Assembly (NCBI GenBank): GCA_963818305.1
Contig: CAWFRQ010000003.1
Coordinates: forward strand, 162,371-226,370
DNA length: 64,000 nucleotides
Reading direction: 5' to 3'
From: an uncultured Chloroflexia bacterium
Lineage (GTDB): Bacteria > Chloroflexota > Anaerolineae > Anaerolineales > Anaerolineaceae
In this document: positions 40,943-52,722 of the stretch, piece by piece
Layout of the letters: each line of letters starts with the position of its first letter
How positions within the stretch are numbered: the first letter of the stretch is position 1
Position numbers and translations under genes: made by a program
The notes under the pieces: generated by a model
What the model was told of the DNA's origin: nothing
What the model saw: the letters and a program-made list of their open reading frames with translations, nothing else
The model's database searches: none

Positions 40943-42385
40943 TTATTCCGTTTCCCTGGTTCCTTTTTTCATTGGTTTTTCGCTGGCAGACCATTCTGGC
41001 AGCAGAGCATGCTGCAGTGCTTCTCGGATGGATCTAACTTCGATGACTTCCAACCCCGCGGGGTACGGTTCACCGGGCTTCATCCGATGCGGGACGATTG
41101 CTTTCTTGAAACCGAGTTTTTCTGCTTCTCTCAGACGGGTGCTCATTTGACTGGCCTGGCGGAGTTCGCCGGAAAGACCGATCTCTCCGATGAGGACTGT
41201 GTCTGCTCGTACCGGGGCATCTCTAAATGAGGAGGCGATTGCGGCTGCCAATGCCAAATCAGCCGCGGGTTCATCCACTTGCAAGCCGCCAATTACATTG
41301 GCAATCACATCCTGCTCGGTCAGGTTCATGCCAGCTCTGCGGGTAAGCACTGCGATGATGATTAAGAGCCGGTTGAAATCCAAGCCATTGGGTGTTCTGC
41401 GTGGATTGCCAAAGTTGGTGTGGTTGGTAAGCGCTTGTACTTCCACCAGGATCGGACGGGTGCCTTCCATGGTGACTGCGATAGCTGAACCAGGCGTGTT
41501 GATCATCCGTTCGACCAGAAACGCCTCAGATGGATTTAAGACTTCTACCATTCCGCGTTCTACCATTTCAAACACCCCAACTTCAGAAGTCGCTCCAAAG
41601 CGATTCTTGACTGAACGCAGCAGGCGGTAACTCTGGAAGCGGTCTCCTTCCAGGTAGAGGACGGTATCTACGATATGCTCCAATACTCTCGGACCAGCGA
41701 TCATGCCTTCTTTGGTCACATGACCGATTACAAAGACCGCAACCCCGCTGGTTTTCGCCAGTTCTCTCAGCCGGGCAGCACATTCACGTAACTGTGAGAC
41801 TGATCCGGATGAAGAACGCATATCTGAGAGAAAGACGGTCTGAATCGAATCAACGATTAGAATGCCTGGCTTGAGCGAATCAACATGCTGGAAGATCGTT
41901 TGCAGGTTGGTTTCAGTCACAAGGAAGAGGTCGGGTGGCAGTTTAATGGCTGTACCTTTTTCTTTAAGTAATCGTACCGCCCGCATATGGATCTGTTTTT
42001 CTGATTCTTCGCCAGATACATACAATACTTTTTGAGAGGCAGCCATCACGCAGGCCATCTGCAGGAGGAGGGTTGATTTCCCGATTCCGGGGTCACCACC
42101 AACCAGCACAATCGAACCAGGGACGATTCCACCGCCTAATACCCGCGAAAACTCGCCGATAGGCAGGTTGATGCGCTGCTCATCATCGGTGCTGATCTCT
42201 GATAAGCGTTTGGGATGCGAGGAATCGGTACGAGATGAACTGGATGAGTGAAAAACCGGTTCATCCGGCTCGATCAGCTCTTCCACCATGCTATTCCAGG
42301 CCTGACATTGCGGGCATCTGCCCATCATCTGCGCAACGACCCGGCCGCATTCCTGACACACGTAACGGCGTTGAATTTTTGACAT
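40943..42385 (-). CDS. radA: DNA repair protein RadA (Sms)
   Basis: N-terminal zinc finger CQECG...CPQC, Walker A GGDPGIGKST, KNRFG motif and Lon-like C-terminal domain. The Met at 42385 is chosen as start. Confidence 0.95.
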   Translation of the reverse strand: MSKIQRRYVCQECGRVVAQMMGRCPQCQAWNSMVEELIEPDEPVFHSSSSSRTDSSHPKRLSEISTDDEQRINLPIGEFSRVLGGGIVPGSIVLVGGDPGIGKSTLLLQMACVMAASQKVLYVSGEESEKQIHMRAVRLLKEKGTAIKLPPDLFLVTETNLQTIFQHVDSLKPGILIVDSIQTVFLSDMRSSSGSVSQLRECAARLRELAKTSGVAVFVIGHVTKEGMIAGPRVLEHIVDTVLYLEGDRFQSYRLLRSVKNRFGATSEVGVFEMVERGMVEVLNPSEAFLVERMINTPGSAIAVTMEGTRPILVEVQALTNHTNFGNPRRTPNGLDFNRLLIIIAVLTRRAGMNLTEQDVIANVIGGLQVDEPAADLALAAAIASSFRDAPVRADTVLIGEIGLSGELRQASQMSTRLREAEKLGFKKAIVPHRMKPGEPYPAGLEVIEVRSIREALQHALLPEWSASEKPMKKGTRETE

Positions 42386-42500
42386 AGAGTAATTATATGC
42401 GGGAATGGTGAAATCCAAAGTAGGTGGGCCTACCCTAGGTTTTTGGGGTTTCGCAACCCCATAGAACGGAGGCAGGAACCGCTCTAATTATTCATAACAA

Positions 42501-42627
42501 CTCATCCTGAGCGCAGCACCTACTTTGGTGCAAGCGAAGGATCTCTCGCAGAGTAAACTGTTACCATATTTCGTGACTGAAGACATAGGTAGAGATCCTT
42601 CGTACCCTTTCCGGGTACTCAGGATGA
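42501..42627. repeat. Palindromic intergenic repeat element, copy C (~127 nt)
   Basis: TCATCCTGAGC...CGAAGGATCTCT [core] AGAGATCCTTCG...CTCAGGATGAA. It lies downstream of glpX and upstream of radA. Confidence 0.75.
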
Positions 42628-42673
42628 ATGCGAATGCGTGAGGATAGAAGACCCACTCCTACGCGGTTTATCT

Positions 42674-43657
42674 CTAATATTTCACCCGGCTGATCTTGCC
42701 AAGCTGTTCCAGCCGATGATAGGCGATGATCTCACGCACAGTTCCGGTTAAGCCGCGCATCACCAGGCTGTGGGTTTTTGCACCTTTCGAAAAGTAATCC
42801 ACACCGCGCAGCAAGTCGCCATTGGTGATACCGGTTGCGGCAAAAAATACATCATTTGAAGAAACCAGGTCGTTGATTTCGTACACTTTTTTCAGGTCAT
42901 ACCCTAATTCGCGGCCTTTAGCGGCTTCTTCATCGGTGCGCGGGTACAGCTTGCCCTGGATCGATCCATCCATACAGATCAATGCGCAGGCAGCCAACAC
43001 ACCTTCCGGTGTACCGCCGATTCCCATCAGCACATCGATCCCTGAATCCGGCCAGGCGGTCATCAACGCTCCGGCTACATCGCCATCCGGCAACAAACGG
43101 ATTCTGGCGCCGCATTCCCTGACCTGCTGAATGAGATGTGAATGGCGTGGACGGTCCAAAATGACCACGGTGAGGTCTTCAATGCTGATTTCAAGCGCTC
43201 GCGCAATACGTTTCAGGTTATGTTTCACCGGCGCTTCGATGTCAATCATATCCTTGGCTTGCGGGCCAACGGCGATCTTGTCCATGTACATAAATGGACC
43301 TGGGTCAAACATGGTTCCGCGCGGTGAGAGGGCAACCGTAGCGATTGAATTGAGGGCACCATTGGCAAGTGGCCGGGTACCATCAATGGGGTCAACCGCG
43401 ATATCCACCTGGGGTGTATCCCCTACTCCCAGTTTTTCGCCGTTATACAACATGGGAGCATTATCTTTTTCCCCTTCACCGATGACGATCACACCGTCCA
43501 TCTCGACAGTATTCAGAATCATGCGCATGGCATCCACAGCTGCGCCATCAGCGAGCTCTTTTTCTCCACGTCCCATGAAACGTGCAGCTGCCAGAGCAGC
43601 TGCTTCGGTGGTACGCACTAATTCCATTGCCAGGTTTCGGGTGGGTTCCAGATTCAT
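42674..43657 (-). CDS. glpX: Class II fructose-1,6-bisphosphatase (GlpX)
   Basis: ELVRTTEAAALAAARFMGRGEK, IGEGEKD, VDPIDGT and GIGGTPEG. The internal Met at 43657 is chosen as start. Confidence 0.9.
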   Translation of the reverse strand: MNLEPTRNLAMELVRTTEAAALAAARFMGRGEKELADGAAVDAMRMILNTVEMDGVIVIGEGEKDNAPMLYNGEKLGVGDTPQVDIAVDPIDGTRPLANGALNSIATVALSPRGTMFDPGPFMYMDKIAVGPQAKDMIDIEAPVKHNLKRIARALEISIEDLTVVILDRPRHSHLIQQVRECGARIRLLPDGDVAGALMTAWPDSGIDVLMGIGGTPEGVLAACALICMDGSIQGKLYPRTDEEAAKGRELGYDLKKVYEINDLVSSNDVFFAATGITNGDLLRGVDYFSKGAKTHSLVMRGLTGTVREIIAYHRLEQLGKISRVKY

Positions 43658-43771
43658 TCTCAATCCTGCCTTTCTATCCATCAAATGGTCCGATGTTTTC
43701 GCATCTTGCAAATCGGATTCGATCACAGATCATGAGATTGTGTATAAATATTTATTAAAGGTAGAAGAAGC

Positions 43772-44590
43772 TCATCCTAACCAAAAACCCTGGATGAGAT
43801 AATATCCGATCACAACCGCCCAGATCCAAGAATCTATCCGGTCAAAAACTCCGCCATGACCGGGCAAAAGTTGACTTGAATCTTTGACCCCTGCCATTCG
43901 TTTGAGCATACTTTCGCCCAAATCTCCCAGGGGAGTTAAAACACCCATCAGCAATCCCAAGAAGGCACCCTGCAAAATTGAAACCCCGGGCATTTGTTGG
44001 TTGATGAGATATGCTAAAAGCATACCACCCAGGATGCCAGAAACGACACCGCCAAAATAGCCTTCCCAGGTCTTTTTGGGGCTCAGCCGGGGAGCGAGTA
44101 AATGTTTGCCAAATCGTGAACCGATGAAGTAGGCGCCAACATCAGCAGACCACACTGTGGGCAGTACCAGTAAGATCCACCACATGCCATTCGTCAGCGA
44201 TCGCAGGGAAATGAGATAGGATCCGAGCCACCCCAGGTATAGAATTCCACCCAATGTGATGCAGAAATCGACTGCTGCCTGGGCACGACCTTTTTCAAAT
44301 TTAATCAGATGGTATGCCATAGCAACCATCACCAGCAAACAGATAATCCAATCGGAATGCACAAATTGAAAAAAGGAACGCGTTATTGCGAGAAGAGATA
44401 CCCCGCCTATCACCAGCACCATGCCAGGCTGCCAGCCAGATTTGCGGAACATGCGGGCATATTCCCAGCCGGAAAGAGCGAGTACCAGGGTCATGAAAAG
44501 ATCATAGGGCAAACCACCCAGTAGAATCAGGGTGATGCCAATCGGAAGCAGAACCAGTACGACCAGAATTCTCTGGGTCAGCATGGGCAA
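43772..44590 (-). CDS. cdsA: Phosphatidate cytidylyltransferase
   Basis: SPKKTWEG and the CdsA signature SMLKRMAGVKDSSQLLPGHGGVFDRIDS. Confidence 0.9.
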   Translation of the reverse strand: MPMLTQRILVVLVLLPIGITLILLGGLPYDLFMTLVLALSGWEYARMFRKSGWQPGMVLVIGGVSLLAITRSFFQFVHSDWIICLLVMVAMAYHLIKFEKGRAQAAVDFCITLGGILYLGWLGSYLISLRSLTNGMWWILLVLPTVWSADVGAYFIGSRFGKHLLAPRLSPKKTWEGYFGGVVSGILGGMLLAYLINQQMPGVSILQGAFLGLLMGVLTPLGDLGESMLKRMAGVKDSSQLLPGHGGVFDRIDSWIWAVVIGYYLIQGFWLG

Positions 44591-44593
44591 GCC

Positions 44594-45343
44594 TTAAGTG
44601 GCATGATATTGTTCTGCATCATCGGTAGATAAACCCCCAAATCGACGACTGCGTTTACAAAAAGAATCCAGCGCTTTCTTTAATTCGTCGCGATCAAAAT
44701 CTGGCCAGAAAACCGGAGTGATATACAGCTCAGAGTATGCTGCCTGCCAGATCAAGAAATTGCTTAATCGCATTTCACCCGAGGTGCGAATGACCAGATC
44801 AGGATCTGGAATATTGGCAGTAAAAAGGTTCTGGCTGATTAAACTTTCAGATACTTCTTCCGGCTTTACGCCAGATTTAAGCATCTGTTCAAATGCATAG
44901 ACCAGTTCATCGCGTCCGCCATAGTTAAACGCCAACACCACGGTCAGGCGGGTATTCTCTTTTGTGGTCTCAATGGCTGCTTCTACTTTTTCGCGTAATC
45001 CGGTAGGCAGGCGATCCAGGCGGCCGATATGCATCAACCGGACACCTTCCTGGTGCAATTCTGTCAGCTCTTTTTCAATGACGGTTTCCAGGATCTTTAA
45101 CAGACCTTCTACTTCTTCTTTGGGTCTGCCCCAGTTTTCGGTTGAAAATGCGTAGAAGGTCAGGTATTTGACGCCAAATTCAACACTGGCACGGATTACC
45201 CGGCGCAGGTTTTCAGTCCCAGCCTGATGGCCGGACAGGCGTGGCAGTCCACGTTTCTTTGCCCAGCGGCCATTTCCATCCATGATGATGGCAACATGGG
45301 CGGGCACCCGTTCAAGATCTGAGTTGTCTTGTGATGCACCCAT
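44594..45343 (-). CDS. uppS: Isoprenyl (undecaprenyl) diphosphate synthase
   Basis: HVAIIMDGNGRWAKKRGLPR, YAFSTENW, IRTSGE.RLSNFL.WQ.AYSE. Confidence 0.95.
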   Translation of the reverse strand: MGASQDNSDLERVPAHVAIIMDGNGRWAKKRGLPRLSGHQAGTENLRRVIRASVEFGVKYLTFYAFSTENWGRPKEEVEGLLKILETVIEKELTELHQEGVRLMHIGRLDRLPTGLREKVEAAIETTKENTRLTVVLAFNYGGRDELVYAFEQMLKSGVKPEEVSESLISQNLFTANIPDPDLVIRTSGEMRLSNFLIWQAAYSELYITPVFWPDFDRDELKKALDSFCKRSRRFGGLSTDDAEQYHAT

Positions 45344-45353
45344 AGGAAAGAGG

Positions 45354-45910
45354 TTATACCTCCATGATTTCTTTTTCTTTTTTTACGCCAACAGCTTCAA
45401 TTTGAACAATAAATTTATCGGTTAGTTTCTGCAATTCTTCTTCTGCGTATTTCAGATCATCTTCTGAAATCATTTTTTCTTTTTCAAATTCACGCAGGTC
45501 CTTGATTAAGTCGCGCCGTACGTTGCGAACTGCCACCCGACTTTCTTCCAGGTGAGTGTGAACCACTTTAACCAGATCACGGCGGCGTTCTTCTGTGAGG
45601 ACAGGTAGATTCAGGCGGATTACTTTGCCATCATTGTTGGGGGTCAGGCCCAATTCAGACTGCATGATCGCGCGTTCGATGTTCTTGATGGTCGAAGCAT
45701 CGAAAGGTTTGATCATCAATTGTCTGGGTTCAGGCACACTAATGCTGGCTAATTGCATCAATGGGGTTGGAGCTCCGTAGTATTCGACAGGAAGACGTTC
45801 TACCAGAGCTGGTGAAGCCCGTCCGGTACGAATTCCGGACAAGGTTTCGCTTAGGAATCGATTGCCCCTTTCATACGTCCTTCTGCTTCGTGGATAGTCT
45901 CTTTAACCAT
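45354..45910 (-). CDS. frr: Ribosome recycling factor; one frameshift near ~45852
   Basis: MVKETIHEAEGRMKGAIDS (from the ATG at 45910) stops at a TAA. Restoring one T gives ..LSETLSGIRTGRASPALVERL, continuing into ORF 45354..45842. Confidence 0.95.
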
Positions 45911-46051
45911 ATCAACCTCCCGATTCTTCCATAAAGTACCAGTTGCTGTGATGACCTAATTATAAAGGAAAAACCTGCCAGCACTACTCCATCCGGAGTA
46001 CCGATGCCAAATCATCTATCTGGCCTGGCAGGTCAATTGTTTATGCGATGA

Positions 46052-47467
<1,416 letters not shown>

Positions 47468-47484
47468 AGCAATTTCCTACTCTC

Positions 47485-48342
47485 TTATTCTGATGTGGTT
47501 GGTTCGGCAGTTTCAGGAGCGGCGCCCATCTTGGCGAGGGTGGCTGCACCCAGTAAATCTTTATCTTCCATTTCCACATCGCTATCGAGCGGGCGGCGGG
47601 AAGCAACAACTACTGGTTTGTTTTCTTCTTCTGCGGGCATTTCGCCGTCATCCTTACGGATGGCCTGGCCTTCGATCGCAGCATCTGCGATTTTGCTTAC
47701 CATCAGTTTGATGGCGCGAATGGCGTCATCGTTGGATGGGATCACATAATCCACACCGCGTGGATCGCAGTTGGTATCCACCATAGCGATCACCGGGATG
47801 CCGCACAGGTTGGCTTCGTGAATGGCGGTATCTTCGCGAGTCACATCAACGACGAAGAGCAGATCAGGTACGCGCTTCATATTGCGAAGACCGCTCAGGT
47901 GGGTTTCGAGACGGACGATCTCGCGGTTGATCAGAAGGATTTCTTTTTTGGTCAGGCGGCCATAATCGCCGGTATCGCGCATTTTGCTCAATCGTTCCAG
48001 TTCTGAAATACGTTGGTACATGGTGGACCAGTTGGTGAGCATACCGCCCAGCCAGCGTTCGGTCACGTAGGGCATACCACTACGTTCAGCTTCTTCTTTG
48101 ACGGTTTCTTGCGCCTGGCGTTTGGTGCCGACGAACAGAATGTTCCCACCATTGGCAGCAGTATCGCGCACCAAATTATAGGCGGTGGTCAGGCATTTGA
48201 CAGTTTGTTGCAGATCAATGATGTGGATACCATTGCGCTCGGTAAAAATGAACGGGCGCATATGGGGGTCCCATTTGTTGGTGCGATGTCCGAAATGGAC
48301 GCCGCTTTCCAGCAGGGCTTTCATAGAAATGACAGTAGACAT
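47485..48342 (-). CDS. rpsB: 30S ribosomal protein S2 with an acidic C-terminal extension
   Basis: [22 protein letters not shown] and IIDLQQT... The start Met at 48342 is preceded by AAGGAGAAG. About 45 extra acidic residues at the C-terminus. Confidence 0.95.
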   Translation of the reverse strand: MSTVISMKALLESGVHFGHRTNKWDPHMRPFIFTERNGIHIIDLQQTVKCLTTAYNLVRDTAANGGNILFVGTKRQAQETVKEEAERSGMPYVTERWLGGMLTNWSTMYQRISELERLSKMRDTGDYGRLTKKEILLINREIVRLETHLSGLRNMKRVPDLLFVVDVTREDTAIHEANLCGIPVIAMVDTNCDPRGVDYVIPSNDDAIRAIKLMVSKIADAAIEGQAIRKDDGEMPAEEENKPVVVASRRPLDSDVEMEDKDLLGAATLAKMGAAPETAEPTTSE

Positions 48343-48655
48343 GGCTTCTCCTTCGCGTTGAGCCTCCGGATTCATCACTCCCGGCTGTCACCCACCAGAT
48401 GGCAGGCACGCACAGTCAGGTCAGAATCCGTGTGAAATAAGGTACTCTTGTGGTAAACCACAAGGCGAAAGGATTATACCATAAGTTGAACGCAATTCTG
48501 GTTTTTCCACTTGTTCACAGGGGATCATATTTTCCATCAGATGAAGTGTAAGGTAAAATAGGGATGACTAGTCAGACATCCGCCCACCTAAAGATCGGGG
48601 TACGAATTGAAAAGCATTCAATTTCATTAAATCCAAAAAAATACTGCGAATAGTA

Positions 48656-49340
48656 TTGCTTGGCATTGCTAGATTCCTTGGCCTGGTAAGTTTTCTCGTC
48701 TGGTTCATTCCACAAGTCTTTGCCATTAATCTCACCAAACTGAGCAAATTGGTCTTTGTGGATTTTGAAAGAAATATACCCACCTTTTATTCGGTTTTAT
48801 TGTTCTTAATCGCAGCGTCCGTTCTGCTATTTTATCGGGTTACAAGTCAAGGCAAATGGATTGAAAGACCACAAGTATTGGACTGTTCTGGCTTACATCT
48901 TCCTTTTTCTTTCACTGGATGAGTTTGCGGGTTTTCATGAAAAACTGGTTAAACCCGCCAATGATTTACTCAAGTTGAACAAGGTCAGTGATTTCTTCGC
49001 TTTTGGATGGGTTGTGCCCGCGTTAATCCTGGTCGCAGTACTCGGCTTCTTCTACATCCGGTTTATCTGGGCATTACCGAAAAAGACCAGGTTTACGATC
49101 ATCGCTGCCGCCCTTTTCTTTCTGCTCGGAGCCATTGGGATGGAGATGGTAGGCGGGTTCCTCAAAAAGAACTTTGGCATGGATTCTGTGGTGTATGTAC
49201 TCGGAACTACCTTTGAAGAATTTTTTGAACTCTCTGGTTTGATTCTCTTCATCTATGGTCTGCTAGATTATCTGAAAACCCAATTTCCAGGCATCACCGT
49301 ACAAATCGAGCCGCCTCAGGTCGCTTTACCAAAAGGATAG
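48656..49340 (+). CDS. Integral membrane protein, unknown function; one frameshift near ~48880
   Basis: The hydrophobic ORFs 48656..48922 and 48861..49340 join naturally (…KWIE/KDHKYWTVLAYIFLFLSLDEFAGFHEKL). About six TM segments. No family recognised. Confidence 0.45.
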
Positions 49341-49485
49341 ATAGTTAATTACCTTATCGTATGAATTCCAAGCCCGCTGCGTGCACCCTGCAGTGGGCTT
49401 ATTTGTATATAGCCTTTGACTCTTTGGTTCAGACGGATTTCTCTCCTATAATTAATATCAGGTGGTACCTATTCGGGAGGATGGA

Positions 49486-50265
49486 ATGATCAAAATCGCA
49501 GAACGTTTTAACGGTTTACAGCGTCATCCCCATTGGAACCGGCTGACGGTCGGATCAGCCTGGATTGAAGAGAACTATGGCTTAAGACTGATCATGCGGA
49601 ATGTGCCAGCCGGTGCGCTGTGCAGTGCCCAACTGGACGATTTCATTACCCGAACTCGAGCTGAATATCCCTGGACTCCACCGCTGGTATTAAAGCTGCG
49701 CGCGCGGGTGAATCTGCCGGCTGGTATGCTGCTTGGTACGGCAGGCTTTGGTTTTTGGAACAATATGGCTCCTATCTGGAATGACCATGTGGAAGTCTTC
49801 CCGAATTGGATCTGGTTCTACTACGCTTCGCCCGAGACCACCATCTCACCCACTCGCGGACCGGCCAGCGGATGGAAGGCATCTGTAATGCGCGGCGGAA
49901 GCGGCGGTGAGCAGGCGATGGCCTGGAACGACACCTTATTGCGCATCCCTCTGGTAGGAAGCAAACTGGGAAAAGTCCGGATGCCTGGCAAGGAGCAAAC
50001 CCTCGATCGTTGGGATTTTTCGATCTGGCATGATTTTGAAATTCATTGGAACCGGGAGGTGATTCACTTCCGGATCGATGGCGAAGAAGTGCTGGAAGTG
50101 CATATTCGCATGGAGTTCCCTTTGGCTTTTATGGCCTGGGTGGATAATAACTACGCCGGTGTGAAGGAAAACGGGGAAGCGGATTTAGGTTACCTGGCTA
50201 TTCCGGGTGAGCAGGTGTTGATGATCGACAATCTGGAGATTACCCCGGGAAGAAGCGCGGGGTGA
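49486..50265 (+). CDS. Hypothetical protein, possibly concanavalin-A-like/GH16-like beta-sandwich
   Basis: GFGFWNN... and HDFEIHWNREVIHFRIDGEEV resemble GH16/ConA-like strand patterns, but no ExDxxE catalytic motif is seen. GGGAGGA before the ATG at 49486. Confidence 0.35.
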   Translation: MIKIAERFNGLQRHPHWNRLTVGSAWIEENYGLRLIMRNVPAGALCSAQLDDFITRTRAEYPWTPPLVLKLRARVNLPAGMLLGTAGFGFWNNMAPIWNDHVEVFPNWIWFYYASPETTISPTRGPASGWKASVMRGGSGGEQAMAWNDTLLRIPLVGSKLGKVRMPGKEQTLDRWDFSIWHDFEIHWNREVIHFRIDGEEVLEVHIRMEFPLAFMAWVDNNYAGVKENGEADLGYLAIPGEQVLMIDNLEITPGRSAG

Positions 50266-50343
50266 GGTCAGACCAGTATCATTTGCATGGTATTCTATCT
50301 CTGTATATAATTATTCTGGTCAGACCACAGTATGGAGTAAACG

Positions 50344-51024
50344 ATGATCCAGAATATTCCCGAAAATTCCAGGAAACCAGCCGAGCAGGCTGAACAGCAA
50401 TTGATTGCGTGGATTCTCGCTGGCGAGTTCCCGCCAAATACCAATTTGCCCGCTGAGCGACAACTGACCCTGCGATTGGGTATCACCCGGCCGACCCTGC
50501 GCGAGGTGTTGCAGCGTATGGAGCGGGATGGCTGGCTGGAAATTCACCACGGTAAATCCACCCGGGTGCGCGATCTGTTCACTGAGGGAAGCCTGACCAT
50601 GCTCAACCAGGCAGTCCAGGCGACAGGTCAAGACAACCTGACCCGCGGATATCTGGAACTTCGGGCTCTAATCGCCCCCACGTATACCCGACTGGCAATT
50701 GAAAAGGATCCGTTCGCGGTGCATTTGCTGGTGCAATCGCTGGCTGAGATACCGGAAGATCCGGCTGGAAATGCGCTGGCAGATTGGCGCATGCATTACG
50801 GTCTGGCGGTGTTATCTGGCAATCCGATCTATGCGCTGCTGTTAAGAGACTTACAAGGTTTTTCCGAACAGGTGATTCAGAAGGTATTTGAAACCGTTGA
50901 TATTGGACAAAAATGCCGCACTGCCTATCGCATGATTGGCAAAGCAGCTCGAGCAGAAGAACCGGAAGCAGCAGAAGCGATGATGCGCAGAATCGCCCAG
51001 GATACTCTGCCAGAAAACCAGTAA
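50344..51024 (+). CDS. GntR/FadR-family transcriptional regulator
   Basis: Winged-helix LPAERQLTLRLGITRPTLREVLQRMERDGWLEIHHGKSTRV plus a helical FCD-like C-domain. Confidence 0.85.
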   Translation: MIQNIPENSRKPAEQAEQQLIAWILAGEFPPNTNLPAERQLTLRLGITRPTLREVLQRMERDGWLEIHHGKSTRVRDLFTEGSLTMLNQAVQATGQDNLTRGYLELRALIAPTYTRLAIEKDPFAVHLLVQSLAEIPEDPAGNALADWRMHYGLAVLSGNPIYALLLRDLQGFSEQVIQKVFETVDIGQKCRTAYRMIGKAARAEEPEAAEAMMRRIAQDTLPENQ

Positions 51025-51081
51025 GCTATCCATATAAAATATTCTCAAATCCAATTATTGTGTCTGACAAGGGGAGGCGAT

Positions 51082-52722
51082 ATGAAACGTTGGTGCGGCT
51101 GGGGAAACCCGGAGACTTCTTATCCGTTGGCAGATTCTGCCAGAGATTATCTGGAATCGATTGTTGGAAAACCTGAACCGGTGAGTGATATTTCACTGGA
51201 TGATGCGTTGACAAGGGTTCCACCTTCCAGATTGCCGCCAATTGAAAAATTCCTCACCGATCCGCTGGAGCGGTTAAGTCACGCTAGCGGCCAGAGCCTA
51301 CCAGATTGGGTAGCGATCCATTCCGGGGGAATCCCGGCATATCCAGACGCAGTAGTCTATCCAGAATCAGATAACGACCTGGAGGCGATCTTCTACAGAA
51401 GGCAAAAAACAGAACGCAGTCCTGATCCCCTATGGCGGCGGGACGAGTGTAGTAGGACATATCAATCCGCTTGCTGGCGACCGTCCGGTTGTCAGCGTGG
51501 ATATGGCGAAGATGAACCAGATTGGTCAGCCTGGACCAGACCAGCCGGATGGCAACTTTTCAAGCAGGTATTGCCGGACCAGCCCTGGAAGATCAGCTAC
51601 TTGTAAAAGGTTTGACCCTGGGGCATTTCCCACAGAGTTTTGAATATTCCACTTTGGGCGGTTGGGTGGCTACCCGCTCGGTTGGACAGCAGTGCTATAA
51701 ATATGGGCGGGTGGATGAGATGTTTCTGGGAGGCAGGATGTTGACGCCTTCCGGGTGGATGGAATTTCCCGCTTTTCCCGCATCTGCTGCCGGTCCAGAC
51801 CTGCGCCAAAGTGTGTTAGGTAGTGAAGGTCGGTTGGGCATCATATCAGAGGCTACGGTTCGGGTCAGACCCCTTCCGCAGGAAGAGAAATTTCAGGCAG
51901 TCTTCTTCCCTCACTGGGAGGCGGGTGCTGCAGCAGCCCGTGAAATTGTGCAGGCTGGGGTGGGGGTGTCGATGTTACGCCTGGCGGACGCCAGTGAAAC
52001 CATCACTACATTAAAGCTGGCTGGGAAGGAGAACCTCACTCAACTGGCAATCCGTGGCCTGCGTCTTTTGGGGATTGGTGATGAGCGTTGTCTCTTGATC
52101 TATGGCTTAACTGGAGCCAGAGGATGACTGCCAGAAAGCATATTGGCAGGTGCAATCTTTTTGTAAAAAGTATGGTGGTTTTGGGGTTAATTACATGATC
52201 GGGAATATGTGGCGAAAGACCCGTTTCTTGACTCCATACCTGCGCAATACCCTCTGGGATCAGGGGTTTGCCCTGGATACACTCGAAACCTGTCTGCCGT
52301 GGAGTAAGGTTTTACCGGCAGTGAATGCGATTAAATCATCGATTGCAGGGGCGTTGGTGAATGATCACCAAAAAGTGCTGGTGTTTGCCCACCTTTCTCA
52401 TTTATATGATGTGGGAGCAAGCACCTACATCACTTACCTGTGGCGCAGATCCCCTGACCCACACCAAACTTTGGATCACTGGCATAAGATGAAATCGGCT
52501 GCCAGCCGGAAGATCGTTGAAATGGGCGGTACCATCAGCCATCAGCATGGCGTGGGACTGGATCATCAACCATACCTGCAAGCAGAAAAAGGGGAACTCG
52601 GATTGAGGGTCATTACCGATCTTTGCGCATCCATCGATCCGGCGCAGATGATGAACCCGGGAAAACTGGTTGGGTCTGTTCTTGAAAATTCAGATCAGGA
52701 AGTAAACCAAAATGTTCAATGA
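51082..52722 (+). CDS. FAD-linked oxidase of the alkyl-DHAP synthase (AGPS)-like / GlcD family; at least three frameshifts as assembled
   Basis: N-terminus KRWCGWG...; FAD-binding region VLIPYGGGTSVVGH is recoverable in a third frame at ~51420. GHFPQSFEYSTLGGWVATRS (ORF 51522..52127) and the C-domain HQHGVG (ORF 52150..52722). Confidence 0.75.
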